This document shows positions 30,917 through 42,173 of a stretch of DNA of 64,000 nucleotides, piece by piece. Under the pieces are notes generated by a model. That model ran no database searches and had not been told where the DNA came from. It saw only the letters and a program-made list of their open reading frames with translations. The DNA lies in assembly GCA_020184695.1 (NCBI GenBank), contig JAANOX010000153.1:1-64000 (forward strand), given 5' to 3'. This DNA is from Histomonas meleagridis 2922-C6/04-290x (Eukaryota > Protista > Parabasalia). The position numbers and the translations under genes were made by a program. Every line of letters starts with the position of its first letter. Positions within the stretch are counted from its first letter, which is position 1.

Positions 30917-31169
30917 AATGAATTAATAAATTAAATTATTTAATTTGATTATAAAATATTGTAAATATTATGTGATAATGGGTGAAAAAGAAATAGAAAG
31001 TTATTTTGTAACAATAAATATTTTCTTCATCAATTTTTATGGAGAATATCATTCATTTAACAAATGATTTAATATTAAAAATTCTTTTCATGTTTACATT
31101 TCAAATTTTATTACAATAAAAAATTCACATTCTAAAAGAACAAAAATTAAAATAAATTTTATCGCTACT

Positions 31170-32069
31170 TTAGAAAACAAAGTCATCTGCCGTGTAGACA
31201 AATCTTTTTGGGTCAACGATTTCTTCCTTATCAGCAAATATTATTCGGATCATCCCATACTCCGATATTACCGTAAATGGGTTCGACATCAAAACCTTTC
31301 GCAGCTTGGAGCAATCATCAAACAGAATGCCGAATTCCTCTGTTTTTGCATCCGCATCTGCATTACTCGTACCATAGCTTATAGCTACGTTGGATAAGTT
31401 TTCGCATTTGCTAAACGCTTTCTCTCCAATTGACACCTCTCTTGAGTCAAAAGAATTTTTTGATGGAATGCATTTGAAGATTAAGGAAATTAAATTTTTA
31501 TTACTATCAAAAGCCCAATTTCTAATACAAGTTACACCAGGTGGAATGGTATAACTATGTTCTTTGTTTGTAACTAGATATGTGTGTAAACTAATTTCAG
31601 AAAATGTTTTCTTATCAATCTGGAATTGAGTAAAATATAATAGAGCACCATCTGTAAATTTATACTTTGTGTTGTTTTTGTCAATTTCTATAGTAGTCAA
31701 GCTATAACAATGAGAAAAAGCTCCATCTCCAATATTATCCACACTAAATGGTATGCGTATCGATGTTATTTTTGTGCAGTAACAAAATGCAAAGGCACCA
31801 ATGGAAGTCAAGCTATTAGGAATAGTAAGAGAAGTTAAACTTTTGCAATTGTCAAATGCCCTTGCGCCAATTGAAGCAACTCCATTTTCTATAATAACAA
31901 CATTTATATTCCCTTTAAAGGAATCCCATGGTGTTTTATTTATCCTTGAATAATGATTCATATTTCCTTTTCCAGAAATAGTAAGAACACCTAATTTTTG
32001 CTTGAATGAGTAAGTTAAAGTTTCTCCACATGTGCCAGAAAAACAATCAGCAGATGCGTTTGTCTCCAT
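31170..32069 (-). CDS. BspA-like LRR protein without signal or TM segment
   Basis: GTCGETLTY..LTISGKGNM..TPW cap plus SIGARAFDNCKSLTSLTIPNS repeats. Confidence 0.85.
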   Translation of the reverse strand: METNASADCFSGTCGETLTYSFKQKLGVLTISGKGNMNHYSRINKTPWDSFKGNINVVIIENGVASIGARAFDNCKSLTSLTIPNSLTSIGAFAFCYCTKITSIRIPFSVDNIGDGAFSHCYSLTTIEIDKNNTKYKFTDGALLYFTQFQIDKKTFSEISLHTYLVTNKEHSYTIPPGVTCIRNWAFDSNKNLISLIFKCIPSKNSFDSREVSIGEKAFSKCENLSNVAISYGTSNADADAKTEEFGILFDDCSKLRKVLMSNPFTVISEYGMIRIIFADKEEIVDPKRFVYTADDFVF

Positions 32070-32347
32070 GGAAAGACGGGATCCGTTAAAAAAATTATTA
32101 GGATACCCCGAATTACCGATCAACAAAGGCGGTTATAATGAACTTGTTGTTGCTTCAGGCATAAGAAATAATTCAATTTGTTTCCAAGCAACGTTATTGT
32201 TGTCTAACTACTTTTTGTTAAATCTAAGAAAGTAGCAAATGTGCTGAAACAGATTTTGCTATAATTCTATTAGAATTTAAAAATTAATGATCTTGACATT
32301 CGCTTGGACTAATATGTTCTTGAAGTCTAGTTCTTGAATAAATTTTC

Positions 32348-32632
32348 TCATTTCATCACTTGTGATTGAAGCATGAGTAGCTTATGATTAAGGACCTCTT
32401 TAAAATTATAACTTCCTTCATTCGGCTGAAGCCACGAAGTTGTTCTGCGTAAGCTTAAATTTTTATTTGAGAATGTGTTTAGTATATAATGAGGAATAGA
32501 TTGTACAGCAACTTCATCAAAATGTTCAAAATGAAGATGTGTTGTAATAATTGCTTCAACTTTGGTGATATACTTAATGGAAGTTCGCAAAATGGGTAAT
32601 TCGTGTGTATTGATACAACAAGAAAAGTACAA
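32348..32632 (-). pseudogene. Relic of a metallo-beta-lactamase-fold hydrolase
   Basis: HELP..KVEAIITTHLHFEHFDEVA resembles the bacterial MBL motif ELP..DAVIVTHLHxDHFD. No ATG start; the frame degrades after the motif. Confidence 0.5.
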
Positions 32633-33030
32633 AAAACTGGAAAAAAAAAATCGTTCTCATTAAAATCCTTTTGAATGAGTTGTTTACCCCATGACAGAAT
32701 CCCTTTTTCATCAATTTTAATTAATGATTACATTTATATACTAATTTTGTTTGTGTTTAATATTATTGGGCAAGTAATCATGATTGTTTTTCAAACTAAT
32801 AAAAAAATTGGCTAATTTATAATTCGGATGTATAATACACTTATAAATTTCGATTCTTTTACTCCATTTACACTCAAGATTTATCCTATACGGAAAGCAA
32901 ATGATTTACTTTTTTATTACATTATTTCTATTAATATAAATTCTGCAAATAATCATTTGTGTTATTAAAAAAAATCCTTTTGAAAATGGATTAAAAATGA
33001 AAATTATTCATTGTATTACATTTTATTCAT

Positions 33031-34974
33031 TTAATCGACTTCTTCAACGCGTGGTCCTGATGAATGTCCACTATTTGCTGATGCTCCACTTCCTCCTTGC
33101 ATGTTCGCGCCTGGCATTCCGCCTTGTGCGCCGCCTGCTGCATGTTGATAAGCTGATTGCATAATTGGCATCAGTTTGCCTTCGAGTTCCTTCTGCTTAG
33201 CTTCGATTGTAGCGACGTCTGCGTCTTGGTTAGACTCGATCCATGCGAGCGTGTCATTGATTTCCTTGTTAATTGTGTCCTTATCTGATTGTGACAATGC
33301 GTTAGCAAACTGTTCTTGATTTAATGAGTTGCGTACGCCGAAGCAGTATCCTTCGAGTGCGTTCTTCGCTTCCACTTTCCTACGCACTTCTTCATCTTGT
33401 GCTTTGTACTTCTCTGCGTCTGCAACCATTTTGTCGATATCTGCTTGTGAAAGGCGTCCTTTCTCATTCTTAATCGTGATCTTCTTCACGTTACCTGTCG
33501 ACTTATCTTGTGCCGAAACGTTCATAATACCATCTGCGTTAACATCGAATGTAACTTCAATCTGTGGTACACCGCGTGGTGCTGGCGGAATACCTGTTAA
33601 ATCGAATGTACCGAGTAAATTGTTGTCGCATGTTCGCGAACGTTCTCCTTCATAAACTTTGATTGTAACTGCTGGTTGGTTATCTGAGAATGTCGTGAAG
33701 ACATTTGACTTCTTCGCTGGAATTGTCGTGTTACGTGGAATGAGCACTGTCATCATTCCGCCAGCTGTTTCGATACCTAATGAAAGTGGTGCAACATCTA
33801 ACAACAAAATATCTTTCACTGTATCTGATGTATCGCCTTTGATAATTGCCGCTTGCACTGCTGCGCCATATGCAACTGCTTCATCCGGATCAACACCACG
33901 GCATGGCTGCTTGCCATTGAAGAAGTCTTGTAGCAATTGTTGGACACGTGGAATACGTGATGAACCTCCAACTAACACTATATCGGTGACGTCTGACTTC
34001 GACATGTTCGCATCCCTTAATACTTGTGCAACTGGTGTCATCGTCGATCTGAATAATTCATCATTTAAGTTCTCGAACATTGCACGTGAAATGTTATCCA
34101 TAAAGTCGTGGCCTTCATATAATGAATCGCAAACAATGGATGCGGATGTGGCTGTGGATAATGTTCGCTTAGCTCGTTCGCATGCTGTTCGTAATGTACG
34201 TAATGCACGTGGCGATTGTTTTAAATCACATTTGAACTTCTTCTGGAATCGATCTGCAAAGTAATTAACCATACGATTATCGAAGTCTTCACCGCCAAGA
34301 TGTGTATCGCCTGCTGTGGCACGAACTTCAAACATGCCACCATCGATATCAAGCAATGAAACATCAAATGTACCGCCACCAAGATCAAAGATAAGAACAT
34401 GACGCTCTTTATCAGATTTCTCGTTAAGACCAAATGCAATTGCAGCCGCTGTTGGCTCGTTGATGATACGAAGAACATTTAATCCTGCAATAACACCGGC
34501 ATCTTTTGTGGCTTGACGTTGGCCATCATTGAAATATGCGGGAACTGTAATAACTGCGTCTTTGACTTTGTCTGTAAGTTGGCTTTCGGCAATTTCTTTC
34601 ATTTTGCCTAAGACCATAGCTGAGATTTCTTCTGGATAAAATTGTTTCGTTTCACCTTTCCATTGAACTTGAATCCTTGGACGATCTGCTTCACCACGGA
34701 CAACTTTAAATGGCCAGTGTTGCATATCTTTTTGAACAACTGGATCACTAAATTTACGGCCAATCATACGCTTTGCATCAAAGACTGTATTTGTTGGATT
34801 CATGGCTGCTTGGTTCTTTGCAGCATCACCAACAAGTCTTTCATCTTCTGTAAATGCAACATAAGATGGTGTTGTACGATTACCCATATCATTTGCTATA
34901 ATATCAACACGATTGTGTCTGAAAACACCAACACAACTGTATGTTGTACCTAAATCAATACCTATAGCTGACAT
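33031..34974 (-). CDS. HSP70: Cytosolic HSP70
   Basis: [27 protein letters not shown] and the C-terminal EEVD. Confidence 0.98.
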   Translation of the reverse strand: MSAIGIDLGTTYSCVGVFRHNRVDIIANDMGNRTTPSYVAFTEDERLVGDAAKNQAAMNPTNTVFDAKRMIGRKFSDPVVQKDMQHWPFKVVRGEADRPRIQVQWKGETKQFYPEEISAMVLGKMKEIAESQLTDKVKDAVITVPAYFNDGQRQATKDAGVIAGLNVLRIINEPTAAAIAFGLNEKSDKERHVLIFDLGGGTFDVSLLDIDGGMFEVRATAGDTHLGGEDFDNRMVNYFADRFQKKFKCDLKQSPRALRTLRTACERAKRTLSTATSASIVCDSLYEGHDFMDNISRAMFENLNDELFRSTMTPVAQVLRDANMSKSDVTDIVLVGGSSRIPRVQQLLQDFFNGKQPCRGVDPDEAVAYGAAVQAAIIKGDTSDTVKDILLLDVAPLSLGIETAGGMMTVLIPRNTTIPAKKSNVFTTFSDNQPAVTIKVYEGERSRTCDNNLLGTFDLTGIPPAPRGVPQIEVTFDVNADGIMNVSAQDKSTGNVKKITIKNEKGRLSQADIDKMVADAEKYKAQDEEVRRKVEAKNALEGYCFGVRNSLNQEQFANALSQSDKDTINKEINDTLAWIESNQDADVATIEAKQKELEGKLMPIMQSAYQHAAGGAQGGMPGANMQGGSGASANSGHSSGPRVEEVD

Positions 34975-34982
34975 AATAAAAA

Positions 34983-34987
34983 AATGA
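34983..34987 (-). promoter_or_regulatory. Inr (TCATT) of HSP70
   Basis: TCATT lies 8 nt upstream of the ATG, matching the Trichomonas initiator consensus. An equivalent TCATT abuts the Rab ATG at 57708-57712. Confidence 0.55.
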
Positions 34988-35255
34988 TCTTATGAAGGCA
35001 TTTTTTGGTTGAGCATTTAATGATTCAATTTAAATATTCGACCATTTAAAGTATTGAAATTTCTATAAGAACGTTTAATAAAAAACGGTTGAAAATCAAG
35101 TTCTGAATCTTAGATATCACAACAAATGATTTGTAACTCTTAAAAAAATAATAAGCTTTGAATGCTCTCTTACCCAGGACCAGTCCACAATAATTTGCAT
35201 CTTTGTCACAAGATTAAAATATCAAAATTATTTAATAATATTTTATTCAAACAAT

Positions 35256-36028
35256 TTATATTCCTATAAAATCATCATACTCTTCTTCCTCTCCAATAAA
35301 GAACAAAGGTTTTGTCTTTGAGTAAAGAGATTCATTTTCATTTTGTATCCATTCAGCTCCAAGAACATCCTCAAAGAATGGATGCTCTGCTATCTCTGAA
35401 GCAGATATGCGCTTCCTTGGATCGACTTCAAATATCTTCTGGATTAGATTCATCATGTCTGGATATTGTTCAAATATTTTTTCGACGTTGCCATGAATCA
35501 AGAATAAAAATATGAAACCATAACTTAAGGCATCTGGCGAGTATGAAGTTGGATCATTATCATATAATTTAATCGAATTTTCAAAATTTGTGGTTTTGGA
35601 TCTTCAGTTTCTATGTCATTTATAAGTATATTAGATGGTTGAATATTTCTTAATAGAATATTGCTGCTATGTAATGTTGAAAGAGCAACTGCAATTCGAT
35701 ACATAATAATTGAAATAAGGTGAATTGAAAGATTAGGAAACTTTTGTAAATCAAACAATGTTTCGTTGAATGTGTAGGGCATAACAACAACTCTATAAGT
35801 TTCATAATCAAATTGTTCTAAAATAGGTGTTATGTATGGATGCTGGATTTCTGCTTGCAATTGGCTCTCAGCGTAGGCCCTTCCCATGTTCTCTTTTGTC
35901 ATAGGAATAAATTTGAGTAAATATTTTTTTTGATATTTTGTTGCAATGTAAATGCAAGAAATATCAGTGCTCCAACAGAGACACACAAGTTCATATCCAT
36001 TTATATCATAATTAAGTTGACTGAACAT
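35256..36028 (-). pseudogene. Frameshifted kinase-like gene (CAMK-like pseudokinase)
   Basis: Frame 1: HPYITPIL..LHSSNILLRNIQPSNILI. After ~35590 a second frame reads TNFENSIKL..YSPDALSYGFIFLFLIHG..FEVDPRKRISASEIAEHPFF. Confidence 0.7.
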
Positions 36029-36501
36029 TTAAAAACAATGAACTTCCTCATGATGACTTTATTACACTCCACCAGAAGGGTTTTCATTCAAATTATCAAA
36101 AAAGTGACGTTTTTGATTTTTTTTGCTGTTTTTCTGCTGGATTTAAACTTTTAAACAAGATATATTGGTGATTTTTGCCAAGAAAATAAAGTCTTTAATG
36201 ATCGATATTGTATATTTAAAAATTTCTTCTTATTGTATAACTAAATTTATCTATTGTTGATTCTAATAATAACTTCAAGATGTAAAACCAAGTGTTGGTG
36301 TTCTTTAAATTATCCCAAAGAATAAACAAATACACTCATTTCATAACAAATTATATTCATACATTTTTATTTATGGGATTAAATTACCATCACATTAAAT
36401 CAGTATTTATGAATGAGTTAATCTTCTTGATCAATGAGAAATCATAATTTTTAAAATAAGATCTTTCCAGTGTCACTTTTTTAACTATTTTGGAGGTTTG
36501 A

Positions 36502-36520
36502 CGGTTTTGGTCCGTCCTTT
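36502..36520 (+). promoter_or_regulatory. M3-like CGGTTTTGGTCC plus M5-like CCTTT upstream of RPL3
   Basis: The same 12-mer and CCTTT occur upstream of the Ub-eL40 gene. Confidence 0.65.
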
Positions 36521-36527
36521 TTGACGA

Positions 36528-37716
36528 ATGTCTCATCGTAAGTACAGTGCTCCACGCCGTGGCTCACTCGGTTTTCTCCCACGTGGTCGCGCCTCTCATG
36601 TTCGTGGTAGAATAAGGTCATGGCCAAAGGATGATCAATCCAAGCCACCACAACTTCAAGCATTTCTTGGTTACAAAGCTGGTATGACACACGTTGTTCG
36701 TGAAGTTGTTCGTGCTGGATCCCGTCTTAACAAGAAGGAAGCTGTTGAACCAGTTACACTCATCGAAACACCACCAATGGTTGTTGTTGGTCTTATCGGT
36801 TACAAGGAAACAGTCCATGGTCTTAAACCAGTCACCACCGCCTGGGCTAGCTTTGTTGGTGAAGAAATGAAGCGTTGCTATTACAAGAATTGGGCTCAAT
36901 CCAAGCAAAAGAAGGCCTTCGGCAAACTCGACAAGAAGGCTGATGACATGAAGAAGCGTATCCAAGACATCAAGGAACAATCCTCAGTTGTTCGTGTTAT
37001 CGCTCACACCCAACCAAAACTTGTCAAACTTGGTTCCCGTAAAGCCGAACTCATCGAAATCCAAATCAACGGTGGTGATGTTGCTGCTAAAGTTGACTAT
37101 GCCGTCAAACTTCTCGAAAAGACAATCAATGTTGGAAACGTTTTCGCTGAAGGCGAACAAATCGATCTCATCTCCGTTGGTAAAGGCCGTGGTTGGGAAG
37201 GTGTTATCCATCGTTTTGGTGGCAAGCGTCTTCAAAAAGAAGACCCATCGTGGTCGTAGGAAGGTCGCCTGTATTGGCCCATGGCATCTAATGAGAGTTC
37301 TTTGGACCATTGCACGTGCCGGTAACAATGGTTTCCACCACAGAACTGAAATGAACAAGAGAATCTACAAGCTCCAACTCGTCGAAGGTGGAAAACTTGA
37401 TGAAAGTGGTTCAACTGAATACGATATCTCCAAGAAGTCAATCAACCCAATGGGTGGTTTCGCTCATTATGGTAATATCACAAACGATTTCGTTATGATC
37501 AAAGGTTCCGTTTGTGGTGCTGTAAAGAGAACAATCACACTCAGAAAGACAATCAACGCTAACACAAAGAGAATCGCCACCGAAGATATCAACCTCAAGT
37601 GGATCGATACAGCATCCAAGTTCGGTCATGGAAGATTCCAAACCAAGGAAGAACGCAACAAGTTCCTCGGAAAGCTCAAGCTCTCAAAGGTTGCTGCTGA
37701 ACAAAAGAAGGAGTAA
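36528..37716 (+). CDS. RPL3: 60S ribosomal protein L3 (uL3) with a one-base frameshift at 37234-37238
   Basis: [26 protein letters not shown] in the first frame; [23 protein letters not shown] in the next frame. Removing one A from the A5 run restores the protein. Confidence 0.95.
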
Positions 37717-38120
37717 ACGAACTCTAATTATTAATTTCAGTTTTCTGTTTAACTTAAAAAAAATATTTTGAGCAAGAGAAAACAATTACAAGAAAACATT
37801 TCTTAACTGACATTAGATAAATTGACATTTTGTATAATAAAGAATTTCATCTTTGATGCGCCGTTACAGTGACTTACACATCAATACGTCAATACAATTT
37901 ATACTTTAGATTTTATTGTTTCAGAAGAGAATCTAATTATATTTCCATATAAGCATTTTCTAGTCATTGTAAAAGATAAACTGCACCTAGTTTAGTATAT
38001 TACAAGAAGAATGGGTAATTTTGAGATTGGTGCTTTGACTCAAGGATAATGGTGAATTGTTTAGAAGATTTTTGATTTCACTTTTTGTATGAAATTAACG
38101 GTTGACTTTGGTCTGGTGGA

Positions 38121-40937
38121 ATGACCATTTCGATGTCTTTTGAAGAAATCATTGGGGGCATTAAAAAATTTGGAGCTACTATAATTTCGGGTGTAAAGCC
38201 AAGCGCAATTGAAGTCCCAATTTATGATCTAAAATTTGAAGATTTTCAAGCAATTTCTTCAAATGTTCAAACTTCCAATGATTATGAATTAAAAATAGGA
38301 TTTGCTTTTGCACTCCGAAAGCAACTTTCAAAAATATTCAATTCATTCACAGAGGAAAATCAAAAATCAACAAAAGATTTTTTATTAAATTATTCACAAG
38401 GAATTACAGATGAAAAAGAAATATCAGGCTTATTAGCTGCAATTGATACAGTGTATCAAATATCTGGTGGAAATTGGCCAGAATTAATTTCATTCATCTT
38501 GGATTTAAACGATGATAAAAATGATTTATTAAGAATTCATCTTTTATCATCTATGTCATTTCTACATGAAGAAGAATTTGTTGATGCTCATAGCAATCTG
38601 TTAATACCAGTTGTACAGAAATTATTAAAATCACCATTCCCAGTTTCAAAGGTCATGCTTTTACTTATTTATGCATTATGCAAGCAAGAATCAATAAGTG
38701 AGACAGAGTGCAATCAAATATGGTTTGTTGCCATCGAAATCGCAAAAACAGATGATTTCAAGAAAATTTATCCAGCCATGAATAAATTTACCGGTATTGA
38801 AGGCTTCAAGACTATTACAGCACAGCCAGTTAAAGATATTATATCCAATTTTAACATTGAAAACATTGATTCGTTGATTCCATTGCTTCGTTTATTTGCA
38901 TTCTTAAACGAAGAAGCCATAGTTCCTTTGATGCATATTCTTCTTGATATATTATACACACACTTTGATATTGCTTGTAAAGTTATTGATTATTTACAAG
39001 ATAGTGATCTTGTATTACTTGATGAAGAATTAATTGCGACAATATACTCCATACTTTCAAAGGAGCTTGCAGGCGAAAGGCACAATGCAGCTCTTGCACT
39101 TATCTCTCCACTTGCAGAAGAAATTGTTTCAGTTTTTCCTGAATCGGAAGACGTTATGATTGAAAACATCAGAAACTCGCTCAAAAGTGACAACTTTTCT
39201 GCCTTTATCGCATGTAAAGTATTGAAAGACATTTCACTTCTATTTGAAGAACCACATTTTGATTTAATCGAAGATTTAATACCATTATTAACATCAGAAG
39301 ATGAAAAACTTTTAATTGCTGCTAATAAAGTTGCCATTTCACTTTCTCAAACGGGTTTATATTCGACACCTGAAGTTGAGAAGCAATTTATTGAATTATT
39401 ACCAAAATATAACGAAATGAATTACGACAAATTTTCCAAATTAATTATCTCCGTTCTTACATCAGATCCAGAACCAGGATTATCATTAGTTGAACCTGTA
39501 TATGATTTAGCTATGCAATTATTAACACCAGAAAAGACAAAAGCCGAAAATGCAATAGCACTTGATTTATTTGCAGAGATTTCACAGATTGAAACAGAAT
39601 ATGTTGAAGATCAAGTAGTAGATGGCATTAGTGCTTCAGCTAACATTCTCAAATCAGAAGAAGCAAAATATTTCCCATCTGCCGCATACTTTCTTTCTGC
39701 TATGGCCGAACAATTTCATGATCAATCGCGTGATGCAATTCTTGAACTTCTTCCAATACTAACTGATATTGTTAAAGAAAGAAAAATTAACATGAAAGAA
39801 TATGTAAAAGTTGCTCAAGCAACTTCTGATATAATTTCAGCTTATGATATTAGAGATGTTGCATCTGAACTTGTCGGATTTTCTCTTTCATTACTCGATG
39901 AGAAAGAATATGAAGAATGTGCTTCACAAATTATTGTTACACTTGCAAATTCAATTCTTCCTCCTAATGCTATCGAATGCTTTACAATACTTTCTACTAA
40001 AATAGATACAATAGATGAAACAGATACAGTCGAAAACTTGATTCAGGCGCTATCGTTCATTTTGAAGAAATACAGAATTCAAATTCAATCGGCTCAAGTG
40101 GTCGCCGATAAGATTCTTGAGGGTGCCCTAGCGGCCGTTAAGCCACCAAGTCTTATAACCGATACCGATACGAACATTTTCGGTTATTTCAAGACTTTCA
40201 TTAAGAAGTTCAAAGAAAAGAGTACACCTTTATGTGAAAGCCTTATGGCTATTGTTCCTGATGTAGAACTTGAAATTCTTCCACTTTTACTTGAACCAAT
40301 TGAAGCAGCAATTGATCAAAAACTTTTAACTACAGAAACTATTTCTAACTTCCTTACTATCATTATTAGCATGCTTTCAGAGGATGATCTTGAACTTGAC
40401 ACATCTCTAATTACATGTCTTATTTCTGTCAAACGAAATTATCCACAGTCAATCAATGCACCAAATCTTCTTAAGTTCCTTTCAGACCTCTGGGAGAACA
40501 TTGATGAAACAGAAGGTGATGTTGAGTTACCAATGGCCATTTGCATGCTTACCCTAGAGCTTTATGGCGATAATGAAACAGGAGAAGGCGTAAACGATCA
40601 ACTCTTACTTGATCTATATGCTCTTTTACCACTTCCAGCAGATGTTTGCGATCTCCAAAATGTTCTTCAATCTGTCATCAAAATCACACAGAAAGAATGG
40701 GCGCATGAAACATTGCTAATTCCATCGTGTATCTTCCTTGCGAAAGTTCTTTTACTCAAAAAAAACAAAATCGATGAATATCAGATATCTGCAGATGTAC
40801 TTTCCAAGGCCAAGAAAACACTACAGATGATCGCTGCAGAGAATCAGCAAGTGAGAGATGCACTTGTTGAGAACTATGGCGGAAACAAAGCAAATACAGA
40901 AGCATTAAAATCTATTTTACAAATTAGAACTAAATAA
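38121..40937 (+). CDS. HEAT/ARM-repeat protein, importin-beta (IPO4/5)-like
   Basis: 938-aa acidic helical ORF containing GGNWPELISFI. Confidence 0.65.
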   Translation: MTISMSFEEIIGGIKKFGATIISGVKPSAIEVPIYDLKFEDFQAISSNVQTSNDYELKIGFAFALRKQLSKIFNSFTEENQKSTKDFLLNYSQGITDEKEISGLLAAIDTVYQISGGNWPELISFILDLNDDKNDLLRIHLLSSMSFLHEEEFVDAHSNLLIPVVQKLLKSPFPVSKVMLLLIYALCKQESISETECNQIWFVAIEIAKTDDFKKIYPAMNKFTGIEGFKTITAQPVKDIISNFNIENIDSLIPLLRLFAFLNEEAIVPLMHILLDILYTHFDIACKVIDYLQDSDLVLLDEELIATIYSILSKELAGERHNAALALISPLAEEIVSVFPESEDVMIENIRNSLKSDNFSAFIACKVLKDISLLFEEPHFDLIEDLIPLLTSEDEKLLIAANKVAISLSQTGLYSTPEVEKQFIELLPKYNEMNYDKFSKLIISVLTSDPEPGLSLVEPVYDLAMQLLTPEKTKAENAIALDLFAEISQIETEYVEDQVVDGISASANILKSEEAKYFPSAAYFLSAMAEQFHDQSRDAILELLPILTDIVKERKINMKEYVKVAQATSDIISAYDIRDVASELVGFSLSLLDEKEYEECASQIIVTLANSILPPNAIECFTILSTKIDTIDETDTVENLIQALSFILKKYRIQIQSAQVVADKILEGALAAVKPPSLITDTDTNIFGYFKTFIKKFKEKSTPLCESLMAIVPDVELEILPLLLEPIEAAIDQKLLTTETISNFLTIIISMLSEDDLELDTSLITCLISVKRNYPQSINAPNLLKFLSDLWENIDETEGDVELPMAICMLTLELYGDNETGEGVNDQLLLDLYALLPLPADVCDLQNVLQSVIKITQKEWAHETLLIPSCIFLAKVLLLKKNKIDEYQISADVLSKAKKTLQMIAAENQQVRDALVENYGGNKANTEALKSILQIRTK

Positions 40938-40945
40938 GTAAAAAT

Positions 40946-41560
40946 TTAACAACATTTATTTTGGGAAGCATTCGTTGGCATTTCACTAAAACTTGTGAAA
41001 TTCGTGTTGAAGCCATTAGGTTGAGAGCTGAGAGCTTCTCTCCCAATTTCTTTGAATAATGATTCAATATTTGTACCATTTTTGGCAGATGTAAAAAATA
41101 TCTTTGGTATGTCATTATTGTACTTCGCAATGATTTCTTGTGTATAAGAGGTAAAATCGCCTTCTAAAAGATCAATTTTGTTGATGGCTAATATTATTTT
41201 GGGGGTTTCAATAGATTCATTAATTATTTGTTTCCATTTTCGAATATGCTCACATGATTCTGTGTTAAGACAAGAAGCAACAATGATACAAACAGATGAA
41301 TTTTGAAGATATAATGGAACAAGTGGTGCAAACTCTTCTTGACCAGCTGTATCCCATATCATTAGTTCAACCTCAGTGTTGTCAACCATTACTTTAGTTC
41401 GAAGATGTGAAGAACCATTGGTTTGAGGGATTAAATAATCAAATGATTTATGAATCTGATAATTTGCAATAGAAGTTTTTCCTACAGCAACATCACCAAC
41501 TAATATGACTTTGAATTGTGGGCATTCTGATTCGCATGGTGAATTTGATCTCCGAATCAT
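40946..41560 (-). CDS. Divergent Rab small GTPase
   Basis: GDVAVGKT, WDTAGQE, NKID and TSAK motifs; C-terminal CC. Confidence 0.9.
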   Translation of the reverse strand: MIRRSNSPCESECPQFKVILVGDVAVGKTSIANYQIHKSFDYLIPQTNGSSHLRTKVMVDNTEVELMIWDTAGQEEFAPLVPLYLQNSSVCIIVASCLNTESCEHIRKWKQIINESIETPKIILAINKIDLLEGDFTSYTQEIIAKYNNDIPKIFFTSAKNGTNIESLFKEIGREALSSQPNGFNTNFTSFSEMPTNASQNKCC

Positions 41561-41689
41561 CGCTTAAGCTTGCCTTAACTTCCTTGATGTGAAAAAGTTA
41601 AATCAGAATTCTCTATCGTTTGTTAAAATGATAACTTATTGAACAAAAAATGAACGTTTCATAATTCAATTTGTGTGTTAAACAACACT

Positions 41690-41993
41690 ATAGATATTTT
41701 TCTAATTGTTTTTCTGTAAATTCTCTTCGTGATTTCTCTTCTTCATATAATTGTTATCGATGTTTGGTTTCTTTTAACATTTCTTCCTTTTCTTTATCTT
41801 ATAGTTTTTTTCTAGCTGATTCCTATTCTTTTTCTTTTCTGGTATAATTAATTTGTTGTTGTCTAATATCATTATTATTTCTCATATTATGTATAGCATC
41901 CAAGTTAATATTTGGAGGCGTTTGAGATATTGATATAGGAGCCGGAGATAAAGTGCTTAAAATCCTAGACCAAGCAGAATTATGATTAAAAAT
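41690..41993 (-). pseudogene. Coiled-coil coding relic with three in-frame stops
   Basis: ..RKEKE*ESARKKL*DKEKEEMLKETKHR*QLYEEEKSRREF.. reads in one frame. Confidence 0.55.
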
Positions 41994-42173
41994 ATTAATA
42001 TTAACGTTATTAGTGGTATTATATGATTACTTATTAATATGTTTTAATGCCTTTCTTCTAAGTGATTTTTAATAGGTTTTTTATTCTTTTTATTTATTCT
42101 TTTAAGATATTTTTTAGCCATAATATTTATATAAAAATAAAACCATTAATAATGATACTTTATTGATAATATA

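Noticed and set aside
33329-34264. Long ORFs antisense to HSP70 (also those antisense to RPL3, Snf7, VMA1 and Ub-eL40)
   Set aside because: These are typical shadow ORFs of conserved, GC-richer genes, with no independent motifs.
41690-41993. TAA/TAG-to-Gln genetic code reassignment
   Set aside because: Nearly all conserved genes in the window end at TAA or TAG at the expected position, and none has internal TAR codons.
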